This document shows, one piece after another, positions 9,697-20,271 of a stretch of DNA of 64,000 nt. The translations under genes were made by a program, and so were the position numbers. Position 1 is the stretch's first letter; each line of letters opens with the position of its first letter. This stretch comes from Candidatus Uhrbacteria bacterium. GTDB taxonomy: Bacteria; Patescibacteriota; Patescibacteriia; UBA9934; GWF2-40-263. The stretch covers positions 209,432-273,431 of the forward strand of contig JAPLZK010000004.1 in NCBI GenBank assembly GCA_026395055.1, read 5' to 3'. The notes under the pieces are model-generated. The model saw only the letters and a list, made by a program, of their open reading frames with translations, did no database searches and was not told the DNA's origin.

Positions 9697-10196
9697 AGGT
9701 TGAACTTATTGCGGCGATGTCGCTCAACGGCAAAATTGCCGCGTCATCCGACCAGTCTTCACTTGAGTGGACCTCCAAAGAGGACACCAAGTTTTTTGTT
9801 GAAAAAACAAAAGAGTGTCGTGTCATGATTATGGGTCGAAAAACATTCGACACAATCGGTCGTGCATTGAAAGATCGATTGATTGTTGTGATGACATGCG
9901 ATCCTGAGAAACACGCGTTGATCGAAGGGGTTGAATATACGTGCGAGACGCCGCATCAGATTCTTAAGGATCTCGAATCACGAGGATATGCTTCGGTTGC
10001 GATTGCGGGTGGTGCGGGTGTTTACTCGATGTTCTTGAAAGAGAAGTTGGTTACGGATGTATTCCTCAGTATTGAACCGATTCTTTTTGGAAATGGAATT
10101 TCGCTTGCAGAATCGTTTGAAGATGTTAAGCTCAAGCTTGTTGAATCCAAACAGCTAGGAGAGCAAACCGTTCTCCTGCATTACGAGGTTGTATGA
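9693..10196 (+). CDS. folA: dihydrofolate reductase (DHFR/RibD-C fold)
   Basis: AAMSLNGKI, EDTKFF, IMGRKTF, IAGGAGVY; ATGA overlap with thyA. Confidence 0.85.
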   Translation: MKVELIAAMSLNGKIAASSDQSSLEWTSKEDTKFFVEKTKECRVMIMGRKTFDTIGRALKDRLIVVMTCDPEKHALIEGVEYTCETPHQILKDLESRGYASVAIAGGAGVYSMFLKEKLVTDVFLSIEPILFGNGISLAESFEDVKLKLVESKQLGEQTVLLHYEVV

Positions 10197-11095
10197 TCGA
10201 ATATCCTTATCTTCCACCAAATCGTGGATTCAAATTTGTTCCTTTGAATGATCCTCACATGATGGCCGCAGAAGTTGCTCGTCGCGAATGCGCGGGTGAT
10301 TCTCTCTGGCCGATTGGAATTGTTCTTGTTCGCGATGGTGAAATTCTCGCGCGTGCGGGAAACGGATTTAATCGGGGAAGTTCCTCGAAGCACATTTGCC
10401 CTCGCGTTGTTCTCGAATGTTCAAGCGGAACCGGTTACGATCTGTGCAAACTTCACGACTCGATCGGTCACGCAGAACCCATGCTCATGCAAGTTGCGGT
10501 TGACCAGGGAATCGATCCAATGGGGTGCGATGTCTACATGTTCGGTCACTGGTGGTGTTGCGAGCCGTGCTGGAAAGCCATGATCGATGCGGGAGTGAAA
10601 GATGTTTATGTTCTCGACGATGCTCACGAGAGATTCTCTCGTGAGAATGTGTTTGCCGAGACATTAACTTCGAGTGTTCGTTCAATTTTTTTCTCGCATG
10701 CATTCGATCAAACAAACCTCGCGGAGATGAAAGAACTCATTGGCACACTTGATGCGATGTGCGTTGAGCTTGGGTGTTCGACTACCATTCCATTTCGAGA
10801 TGGGCCTCTCGACGAACTCGCGCAAGAACACAACGAAGATGTGTTGTATCGATGGAGTGAACAACAGATTCCAATCTGTGACGTGCTCATCGCCGAAGTT
10901 TCCAATCCATCTCTTGGTGTTGGCGGTGAGATTGTTCTCGCCGAGAAGTTCGAGAAGCCTGTGATTCTTCTTTCAAAAAAGGGAATAAGGGTTTCTGAAT
11001 TTGTGACGGGGAATCCGGCGGTGGTGTACCATGTCGAGTATGAATCGATTATGGATGCGGTGAAGCAAGTGAGAAATGTGTTGAAGCAATTGTAA
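10193..11095 (+). CDS. dCMP deaminase-like domain fused to nucleoside 2-deoxyribosyltransferase/DNPH1-like domain
   Basis: HAE and CCEPC zinc motifs, CPR..SGTGYDLC; C-terminal DVLIAEVSNPSLGVGGE; ATGA overlap with folA. Confidence 0.85.
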   Translation: MIEYPYLPPNRGFKFVPLNDPHMMAAEVARRECAGDSLWPIGIVLVRDGEILARAGNGFNRGSSSKHICPRVVLECSSGTGYDLCKLHDSIGHAEPMLMQVAVDQGIDPMGCDVYMFGHWWCCEPCWKAMIDAGVKDVYVLDDAHERFSRENVFAETLTSSVRSIFFSHAFDQTNLAEMKELIGTLDAMCVELGCSTTIPFRDGPLDELAQEHNEDVLYRWSEQQIPICDVLIAEVSNPSLGVGGEIVLAEKFEKPVILLSKKGIRVSEFVTGNPAVVYHVEYESIMDAVKQVRNVLKQL

Positions 11096-11098
11096 ACG

Positions 11099-11126
11099 AA
11101 AACGACCCATGCGGGGTCGTTTTTTT
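11099..11126 (+). terminator. terminator of thyA-folA-deaminase operon
   Basis: AAAACGACCC-atgcg-GGGTCGTTTT plus T-run. Confidence 0.75.
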
Positions 11127-11204
11127 CTTATGTATGTTGTTGACAATTAGGAATGGTGATGATACATCAGGTTAATCATGAGCGGCAAAAATCGGAGGTG
11201 TGCC

Positions 11205-11549
11205 ATGGCAAGTTCTGCAGATACATTGTGTCCCAAATGTCAGAAAGTCATGAAACTCGTCAAGGAAGATATTCATCTTGATCCCAGCTTTTGCCCGGAG
11301 ATCACGCACGGATTCACGCTGAAGGAAACGCCAACTCTGAAATGCGATGATTGCGATCTGTGGTTTCACACTCCAGATGTTTACGAGAGGCTTTTGAAAG
11401 TCTCTTGCGATCCGGAGGATGTGCAAGCGATGTTGAAAATGCATGAGAACGAATTGCTGATTTTGTTCCGTCGTTTTCCGGAACCCGCAAAGACGAATCG
11501 TTGTCTAACGTGCGGCACAATCATACAAGAAGCAACGCCCTCTCTCTAA
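11205..11549 (+). CDS. small Cys-rich (three CxxC) hypothetical protein
   Basis: GGAGGT SD, TTGACA at 11140, CPKC/CDDC/CLTC, terminator at 11550-11572. Confidence 0.7.
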   Translation: MASSADTLCPKCQKVMKLVKEDIHLDPSFCPEITHGFTLKETPTLKCDDCDLWFHTPDVYERLLKVSCDPEDVQAMLKMHENELLILFRRFPEPAKTNRCLTCGTIIQEATPSL

Positions 11550-11570
11550 CATCCGCACGTGGATGTTTTT

Positions 11571-13166
11571 TTATTTCAATATCTTCGCCTTCCTCAACAC
11601 CTCCCTCGGCGTATCCTTATATGGATGCAGTTTCCCCAGCGCCTTCAATGCCTGTTCCTTCGTAATAAATCCAACCGTGACTTCGCGCGCGAGTCTCGTA
11701 CTGTCCGGATGAAACCCAAGCAGGCGCTTTGCCATGCGCTCGGTGGATCGTGCAAACAGACAGGAGTTCGAATTCGATTCAATAAAATCTTCGCCGACGG
11801 GTGGTGTCCATCCAATTTTTTTCAACATCGCTTTTGTTTCTCGACTGGTTCGTTGTAACAGAAACGGAAGATGAAACACATACACAGCCGGTTTGTTTTT
11901 ATACGGTTGTAATTTTCTGACACCTGAAACTTTATATTCTTTTCCCGATTGCGCCGCACTCAAGTTTGTCCACTCGTTGATTCCAAGAACGATCGCGCGT
12001 GCACCGCGTTTCAGTGTCTCGTCATAATATGCGCGAATCACCATGCGACGACAAAGCTGGCAGGTGCGCACGAAGATTGGTGAATGTTTACACTTCACGG
12101 AATAATGTTTGCGTCCTTCTGCGTACGCTTTTTGAAACGCAAGCTTTGTCTCGAGTGTGAAGGGTTTCTCGTAAAGTGCGACGGTCTTCTCGTACGAAGC
12201 GTGATCGATTGGTCGAATGTAAGAGCGAATGTCGATCTCCTCGTGCGGAGTCTCGAGTAGCTTCGCCATTTCTTTTGATCGCGGCATAGTCGTGCGTGGA
12301 AGATATCCAAGATTGAATGTGACGGCGAGGGGATTGAATCCCATTTGTTTGATCGAAAGCAATGTGGCTGTGCTGTCTTTGCCGCCCGAGAGTCCGACGA
12401 GAATGTCGTGGTCATTCGATCCGGTACCGATGAAGGATTCAAGAAACTCGAGTTCTTCTTGCAAATGTGTTGGGTCGAAATGTGTTTGATAGGTATCGCA
12501 AATATGACAGAGGCCATTTTTCATGAACCGAATTGCGGGATTGCGCGCGGTGTTCACACAGTGTGTACACATTTGGTTCCATTGCTTAATGGTGTCTTCA
12601 ATGAGCTTGGCTGATCGATCTATACTCATTGTAGTTGTGTCGATTACAAGATTCGCGATCTTCTCAATTTGTTTTGTTTGATAAAGCACTTGTTCTTTTT
12701 TGAGTTCATCGACGGCTTGTTGTTTTGTATATCCGCGAGATTTCATTAAGCGACGAATGGCCGTTTGGTCGTCGACTTTGAGATAGACAACGAAGTCGTT
12801 ATGCAATCGACAATACTTTGCGTTGTCGATTCCGCGCAATCCACTAAAGACAAGCGTGGGTTGTTTTGAGTTCTCGAGAAATAACTCATGCAGAGCGCGT
12901 GCAATAAAGTCCGCACCATATTTCAATCGCAAGCGATCAAACATGTTCATGGCGTCTTCGCGAGATGCAAATGATTTGCGTTTCGAGAGTTGTCTCAGTT
13001 GTTCGATTAGCGTTTCCTCGTTCGGTAATTTCTTAACATGCGCAGCGATGGGGAATACGACCGCAGTCGAGGCTTCGATCACGCGCGCATGTAATCGCTC
13101 GGCAATGTTTTGTGCGAGTGTGGATTTTCCACTTCCAGGTTGTCCGAAGAGGGCGATGCGAATCAT
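11571..13166 (-). CDS. P-loop nucleotide kinase fused to PP-loop adenine-nucleotide alpha-hydrolase (amidotransferase-like)
   Basis: GQPGSGKST; CTHC..GLCHIC zinc region; LSGGKDS PP-loop; CQLC. Confidence 0.85.
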   Translation of the reverse strand: MIRIALFGQPGSGKSTLAQNIAERLHARVIEASTAVVFPIAAHVKKLPNEETLIEQLRQLSKRKSFASREDAMNMFDRLRLKYGADFIARALHELFLENSKQPTLVFSGLRGIDNAKYCRLHNDFVVYLKVDDQTAIRRLMKSRGYTKQQAVDELKKEQVLYQTKQIEKIANLVIDTTTMSIDRSAKLIEDTIKQWNQMCTHCVNTARNPAIRFMKNGLCHICDTYQTHFDPTHLQEELEFLESFIGTGSNDHDILVGLSGGKDSTATLLSIKQMGFNPLAVTFNLGYLPRTTMPRSKEMAKLLETPHEEIDIRSYIRPIDHASYEKTVALYEKPFTLETKLAFQKAYAEGRKHYSVKCKHSPIFVRTCQLCRRMVIRAYYDETLKRGARAIVLGINEWTNLSAAQSGKEYKVSGVRKLQPYKNKPAVYVFHLPFLLQRTSRETKAMLKKIGWTPPVGEDFIESNSNSCLFARSTERMAKRLLGFHPDSTRLAREVTVGFITKEQALKALGKLHPYKDTPREVLRKAKILK

Positions 13167-13226
13167 AAGTAGTTTTTAAGATATCATGAATGAAAAAAGA
13201 AAACGACCCAAAGCGGGTCGTTTTTT

Positions 13227-13883
13227 TTACAGTTTATATTTATTTTTCATTTCCCCAAGCGTTCCTTTAACAAGGTGTTGTCTCTCCTCATCCTTATCGA
13301 GCTTGTACGCCCCTGAATCAATGTTCGTATACTTTGCAGCACTCACGCCGTGGAGGTTTGCTTCTTCGATCGACAGCGACGACGCGAGTTCTTCGAAAAT
13401 CACCTGACACACACGTTCACCTGGGTACACACGAATAACTTGGTTGCCCGCTTCGTTTTTCATGGGAAAAATCAGATGGCCTTTGTAGCCGTTGTCGATA
13501 ATTCCGGAGAGGGAGAGATCAATCCCTCTTCGATTGGTCGATGTACGAGGAAACAGAATCGCCATCAGGTTTGGCGCATTGATCTCGACTGATTCAAGTG
13601 AAGTACCGATCACGAATTCGTTTGGGAGGAGCTCAAAAAATTGTCCGGGTTTCAAAATAACTTCTTCGAACTGTTCGCGATGACGTTCAACATCATCGAT
13701 AGAAATGTTAATGGCGCGTCGACCCGATTCATCAATCACCCAGTTTTTGGGAATCAGAAATTTATAGCCAAGTCGAAGATCAATGGCATGTGGTTGTAAT
13801 TGGAATGCATCAATCTCGGGATCAAAGGTGATTTCATGTTTCTCGATAGCAACCAGAATTTCGTGTTTTGTTAATACAGACAT
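13227..13883 (-). CDS. dCTP deaminase/dUTPase-fold protein lacking the deaminase Glu
   Basis: QLQPHAIDLRLG, RTSTNRRG, IDNGYKG, GERVCQ, C-terminal KY. Confidence 0.8.
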   Translation of the reverse strand: MSVLTKHEILVAIEKHEITFDPEIDAFQLQPHAIDLRLGYKFLIPKNWVIDESGRRAINISIDDVERHREQFEEVILKPGQFFELLPNEFVIGTSLESVEINAPNLMAILFPRTSTNRRGIDLSLSGIIDNGYKGHLIFPMKNEAGNQVIRVYPGERVCQVIFEELASSLSIEEANLHGVSAAKYTNIDSGAYKLDKDEERQHLVKGTLGEMKNKYKL

Positions 13884-13973
13884 AAATCAGAGAATAGACG
13901 AGGTCTTTAGACCCCATATGTAGACAAAGGGTATCCTGGCGGTCATAAAAAGAAAAGAGCATCCGAGTGGATG

Positions 13974-14147
13974 CTAGCTGGGGACAGAATCTTCTGCTTT
14001 GGGTTTTGGAACACAACGACGTTCGAGATGCTTCAGGCGTTCTGTTGCGAGATAGGCTTCTCGACGCGCTTTGAGATCGCGCAATACTTCGGGAATGATA
14101 TCGCGAATATGTATGGGGCCACGACCACGTTCCGATTTATCCGCCAT
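13974..14147 (-). CDS. 57 aa small protein (below the ORF track cutoff)
   Basis: MADKSERGRGPIHIRDIIPEVLRDLKARREAYLATERLKHLERRCVPKPKAEDSVPS; AGGAG SD; terminator at about 13947-13975. Confidence 0.6.
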   Translation of the reverse strand: MADKSERGRGPIHIRDIIPEVLRDLKARREAYLATERLKHLERRCVPKPKAEDSVPS

Positions 14148-14162
14148 GAGACTCCTGTGGTT

Positions 14163-14198
14163 CCCCCGCCTTCACAAGGAGGGGGTTAGGGGGTGGTC
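14163..14198 (-). repeat. REP-like hairpin repeat, copy 1
   Basis: GACCACCCCCTAACCCCCTCCTTGTGAAGGCGGGGG, similar to the copies at 37721 and 62454; overlaps the tmk stop. Confidence 0.75.
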
Positions 14199-14911
14199 AG
14201 TAGTTCTGAGATGAGTGCTACGGCGTTTGCTTGCGACTCTTCCAGTGTTTTGCTTGTATCTAATGTGTGAATCTTTGTTCCGTGTGACTCGAACAGCTCG
14301 CGAAACCAAGGTTCGCGATAACGTGCGTCTACACGACGCGCGAGTTCAACGTCCGCAAACACACCTGCTGCGCCTTGAGATGCAGGACGCAATCGAATGC
14401 GATCCACAACGCGTTCAACAGGTGTTGAAGTCAGAATGAGGTGATGAGGTGCGTGTTCAAGAGCGAGTTTGTTTCCCGGAAGATTCAAAATCTGCTCGAG
14501 TGACAAGCTGTATGGCTGGATTGGCTGATAAATGATCGACGTTGAAACGCCACGATCTTGCACGACGGTCTTACCCGCCTTGAGAGCGGGAAGAATCAAT
14601 CGGAGATACATGATTTGGCGATCAAGGGCGAATGCGTGTGCGAGCTCTTCACCCCCATACGGATGTTCCGTTTGCGACATTTCCTCTCGGAGTGCTGCAC
14701 CAATCCATTGTCGAGTAGGTTCAAACACAAAGTACACATCGAAATCCGCGATCTCTGCGAAGGTTGGTGGACGTTCACCTTTCCAGTCTTGTAAACGGAA
14801 ACAGCGCAAGCCTTTGGCTTGTAGCGTGTTGAACATTGCTTGAATGACGGTGGTTTTGCCACTGCCAACAATGCCGTCGATGAGAATGAAGTTGCCGGTG
14901 TTCATCAGCAT
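14186..14911 (-). CDS. tmk: thymidylate kinase family
   Basis: DGIVGSGKTT, EPT, FALDR, QDRGVSTSIIYQ. Confidence 0.85.
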   Translation of the reverse strand: MLMNTGNFILIDGIVGSGKTTVIQAMFNTLQAKGLRCFRLQDWKGERPPTFAEIADFDVYFVFEPTRQWIGAALREEMSQTEHPYGGEELAHAFALDRQIMYLRLILPALKAGKTVVQDRGVSTSIIYQPIQPYSLSLEQILNLPGNKLALEHAPHHLILTSTPVERVVDRIRLRPASQGAAGVFADVELARRVDARYREPWFRELFESHGTKIHTLDTSKTLEESQANAVALISELLTTP

Positions 14912-14986
14912 AGGCCTTGTGTGCATGACGCACGACAAAAGTGTACAAAACAAAAAACATCCGCGCAAGGCGGATGTTTTTTGTTT

Positions 14987-15667
14987 TTATGCTTGAATTT
15001 TGATGCTTGGTCCTACAGACGATGCAATCACCGCATGGCGAATGAAAATCCCTTTTGAAGAGGATGGTTTCATTTTGCGGATTGTGTCGATAAGGACGAG
15101 CAAGTTTTCTTTGAGTTGTTGTTCTGTGAATGAAGCGCGACCAAAGATTTGGTGAACGTTTCCTGTTGGATCGTTCTTAAAGCTTTGCTTTCCCGCTTTT
15201 TGTTCTGCGATCATTTTTGTAACGTTTTGGCTCACGGTATCTGTCTTTGGGTTTGGCATCATTCCGCGAGGCCCAAGGATACGAGCGAGTTTTGCAATCT
15301 TTGGCATCATAGCCGGTGTTGCAACCGCGACGTCAAAATCCAATTTTCCAGATGCGGCGATTTCGTTGACGAGTTCTTCTCCTCCAACGATGTCTGCACC
15401 CGCAGCTTTTGCTTCTGCTTCTTTTTCTGCTTCAACGAAGGCGATCACTTTCTTTGACTTTCCAACTCCGTGTGGAAGGGAAATCGTTCCGCGAATTTGT
15501 TGATCAGACTTTGAAGCGTCGATTCCGAGCTTTACGTGAAGTTCTACAGATTCGTCGTACTTTGCGGTTGCAGTCTTTTTGATGAGGCTAACCGCTTCGT
15601 CGAGTGTGTAGGACTTTGATTTTTCAATAAGGCTTTTTGCCGCTTCGAATCGTTTGCTGTTTGGCAT
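14987..15667 (-). CDS. rplA: 50S ribosomal protein L1
   Basis: DESVELHVKLG, LGPRGMMPNPK. Confidence 0.98.
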   Translation of the reverse strand: MPNSKRFEAAKSLIEKSKSYTLDEAVSLIKKTATAKYDESVELHVKLGIDASKSDQQIRGTISLPHGVGKSKKVIAFVEAEKEAEAKAAGADIVGGEELVNEIAASGKLDFDVAVATPAMMPKIAKLARILGPRGMMPNPKTDTVSQNVTKMIAEQKAGKQSFKNDPTGNVHQIFGRASFTEQQLKENLLVLIDTIRKMKPSSSKGIFIRHAVIASSVGPSIKIQA

Positions 15668-15677
15668 AATAGTTTGT

Positions 15678-15708
15678 GTGGTACAAGCGATCGTGAACGA
15701 TCTCCCAC
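15678..15708 (-). promoter_or_regulatory. probable L1-binding autoregulatory mRNA element
   Basis: GUGGGAG-AUCGuucaCGAU-CGCUUGUACCAC just upstream of the rplA start; GGGAG internal-loop hairpin typical of L1 sites. Confidence 0.7.
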
Positions 15709-15720
15709 GAGGGGTTAAAT

Positions 15721-15800
15721 AAATCCGAAATGAGGAAAATCCGAAATCCGAAAACGTTTTTCTGGTTTTCGAATTTCGTCATTCGATATTCGATTTTTTT
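15721..15800. repeat. imperfect heptamer repeats in inverted arrangement
   Basis: AAATCCG units facing TTCGAAT/TTCGATA units. Confidence 0.6.
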
Positions 15801-15801
15801 G

Positions 15802-16224
15802 TTACTTTACATCCACACCCATTTGGCGGCATGTTCCTTCAATGATTTTCATTGCAGCCTCAACGTCTGTTGTGTTCAAGTCAGGCATCTTTTTGATGGC
15901 GACTTCCTTCAACTGAGCACGGGTAATGGTTGCGACTTTGTCTGTGAGTGGCTTTCCAGATCCAGACTTGATGCCCGCAATCTTTTTGATGAGTTCTGAA
16001 GCAGGAGCAATTTTTGTGATGAAGGTAAACGAACGATCATCATAAACGTTGATCACAACTGGAACGACTTCACCGCGACGGTCTTGTGTTGCGTCATTGA
16101 ATTGTTTGACGAATTCTCCGATAGGCAACCCGTGTTGACCGAGCGCTGGACCGACTGGGGGAGCTGGTGTTGCTGCGCCTCCTTGGATTTGCAACTTCAC
16201 TTGGGTTACGAGTTTCTTTGCCAT
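15802..16224 (-). CDS. rplK: 50S ribosomal protein L11
   Basis: [15 protein letters not shown]. Confidence 0.98.
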   Translation of the reverse strand: MAKKLVTQVKLQIQGGAATPAPPVGPALGQHGLPIGEFVKQFNDATQDRRGEVVPVVINVYDDRSFTFITKIAPASELIKKIAGIKSGSGKPLTDKVATITRAQLKEVAIKKMPDLNTTDVEAAMKIIEGTCRQMGVDVK

Positions 16225-16293
16225 AGTATTGTTTTTACTGGATTCCCGAGATCATCGAGCGACCAGACTATGAATTAGTGGCGGAATAATAGC

Positions 16294-16839
16294 CTAAACC
16301 TTCTTAACTTGCAAGAAATCGAGCTCAACCGGGGTTTCGCGACCAAAGAGGGAAACGAGAACCTTGATTTTGCCGCGTTCTGCGTCAATTTCGCTTGCTT
16401 TTCCTTCTTGTCCCTTAAATGGGCCATCCGTGATTTGAACCGTAGAACCAACTTCGATATCAAGCTTGAGTTCTGGCTCGGCAACGCCCATACGCTTCTG
16501 AAGCGCATCAATTTCTTCTTGTTGGATTGGGGTAGGGGTTGTTCCGGTTCCAATGAATCCGGTCACGTTTGGGGTGTTTCGCACCACGTACCAAGAGTCG
16601 TCAGATACGATCATCTCGACAAGCACATATCCAGGAAAGATCTTTTCTTCTGTGGTTTTACGTTTTCCGTTTTTGATTTTTACTTTTAATTCTTTTGGAA
16701 CAAGAACGTGAAAGATTTTGTCTGTCATGTCCATGGTCTCAATACGTTGGTTCAAGTTTTGAGCCACGTTTTCTTCGTATCCAGAGTATGTATGGATGGC
16801 GTACCATCGACGACCCTGGTTTGCTATTTGCTTTGCCAT
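16294..16839 (-). CDS. nusG: transcription factor NusG
   Basis: WYAIHTYSGYE, FPGYVLVEM, KOW motif, FGRETPVELDF. Confidence 0.98.
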   Translation of the reverse strand: MAKQIANQGRRWYAIHTYSGYEENVAQNLNQRIETMDMTDKIFHVLVPKELKVKIKNGKRKTTEEKIFPGYVLVEMIVSDDSWYVVRNTPNVTGFIGTGTTPTPIQQEEIDALQKRMGVAEPELKLDIEVGSTVQITDGPFKGQEGKASEIDAERGKIKVLVSLFGRETPVELDFLQVKKV

Positions 16840-16856
16840 AAAAAAAGAACGTTAAA

Positions 16857-17084
16857 TTATTTTTTAAGTGCAACAAGTTTTTGAACTCCGAGGGCAAGCA
16901 CCCAGTCGAGTCCGGCAAAGAAAAAGGCGAGGACAACACAAAGGGTAATCACGATCAGTGAGTACTTAAATGTGTCTTGCTTGGAAGGCCAGGTGATTTT
17001 ACGAACCTCTTCTGCGGATTCGCGGAAGTATTGTAAAAGCCAAGTTACGGGGTTTTTCTTGGTGTGTACGTGTGCATCAGACAT
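16857..17084 (-). CDS. secE: preprotein translocase SecE
   Basis: EVRKITWPS plus one TM; upstream of nusG. Confidence 0.93.
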   Translation of the reverse strand: MSDAHVHTKKNPVTWLLQYFRESAEEVRKITWPSKQDTFKYSLIVITLCVVLAFFFAGLDWVLALGVQKLVALKK

Positions 17085-17192
17085 ATTTTGGGTTTTTTAA
17101 AATGGCCTCGAAGGGCCATTGATGAGAAGACTATACAGACTCTTCTGGGTTTCGTCAAATCAAAACACCCGAGGAGTCTCGGGTGTTTATTT

Positions 17193-19286
<2,094 letters not shown>

Positions 19287-19357
19287 TCAGGTGAGTTGAT
19301 GGGAAAAGGATAACATGTTTTGGAAAGAGGGGGAATACGCGTTATACTGTATGCACT

Positions 19358-20266
19358 ATGCCAGACTCAAACAACAACATTCTTTTACAAGAAGAAAAAC
19401 AAGACTCCAAATTGTATCGTCGAACGCTGTGGTGGGTTGAGCATCGCGAACAGTTGGGAAAAATTGGAATCATCCTTCTGATTATTTTAGATGCATGTCT
19501 TGTGTTGTTTGTTGCATGGAGTTTGGTGGATGCCTTTTTGATTAGTTCAGGAAGTGAACAACGATCCGTTGTTGATTCTGTTGCGTTGAATCAAGATGAC
19601 CTGCATGCATACACGGCCGCTCGTGCAGCAACACCACTTGCTGTTTCAGATGTACAGGTTTTTGGTTCAACAAATAACAAATACGATTTTTATACACAAC
19701 TTGAAAATCCAAATGCAGACTGGTGGGCAGAGTTTGATTATCAATTTGTGTTTGATGGGGGATCTACGGTAGTAAAACAAGGATTTATTTTGCCGGGAAG
19801 CAAAAAGCCTGTTGCGGAACTCGCGTTTTCTTCTACGGCAGGAATCGTAAATGTACAATTTCAATTTCAGAAAATTTCTTGGCACAGACTTGATCACCAT
19901 GTTATTTCTGATTATACAAAGTGGTCACAGGATCGTTTGGGTCTAGAAATTTTAAACCCAACCGTTGTGCAAGACGCTACCGGACCGTTTCGGACAACGT
20001 TTACCGTTCGTAATCACACGGCTTACAGTTATTACAATCCAACGTTTTATCTGTTATTAAAACGTGGATCTGCTGTGATCGCGGTAAATAAAACCACCAT
20101 GCAATCGCTTGCTCCAGGAGAAGTACAGGATGTTGTTGTGAACTGGTTTGGTTCTGTCCCTTCTGCAAGTCAGGTTGATATTATCCCAGACTTGAATTTA
20201 TTCGATCCAATGCTTTATAAGCCACTTGTTGGCTCACCAACCATTGATACAAGATCTCTTCCTTAG
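19358..20266 (+). CDS. membrane-anchored hypothetical protein (beta-rich external domains)
   Basis: 302 aa ORF with an N-terminal TM; in operon with rodA. Confidence 0.75.
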   Translation: MPDSNNNILLQEEKQDSKLYRRTLWWVEHREQLGKIGIILLIILDACLVLFVAWSLVDAFLISSGSEQRSVVDSVALNQDDLHAYTAARAATPLAVSDVQVFGSTNNKYDFYTQLENPNADWWAEFDYQFVFDGGSTVVKQGFILPGSKKPVAELAFSSTAGIVNVQFQFQKISWHRLDHHVISDYTKWSQDRLGLEILNPTVVQDATGPFRTTFTVRNHTAYSYYNPTFYLLLKRGSAVIAVNKTTMQSLAPGEVQDVVVNWFGSVPSASQVDIIPDLNLFDPMLYKPLVGSPTIDTRSLP

Positions 20267-20271
20267 GGTTT

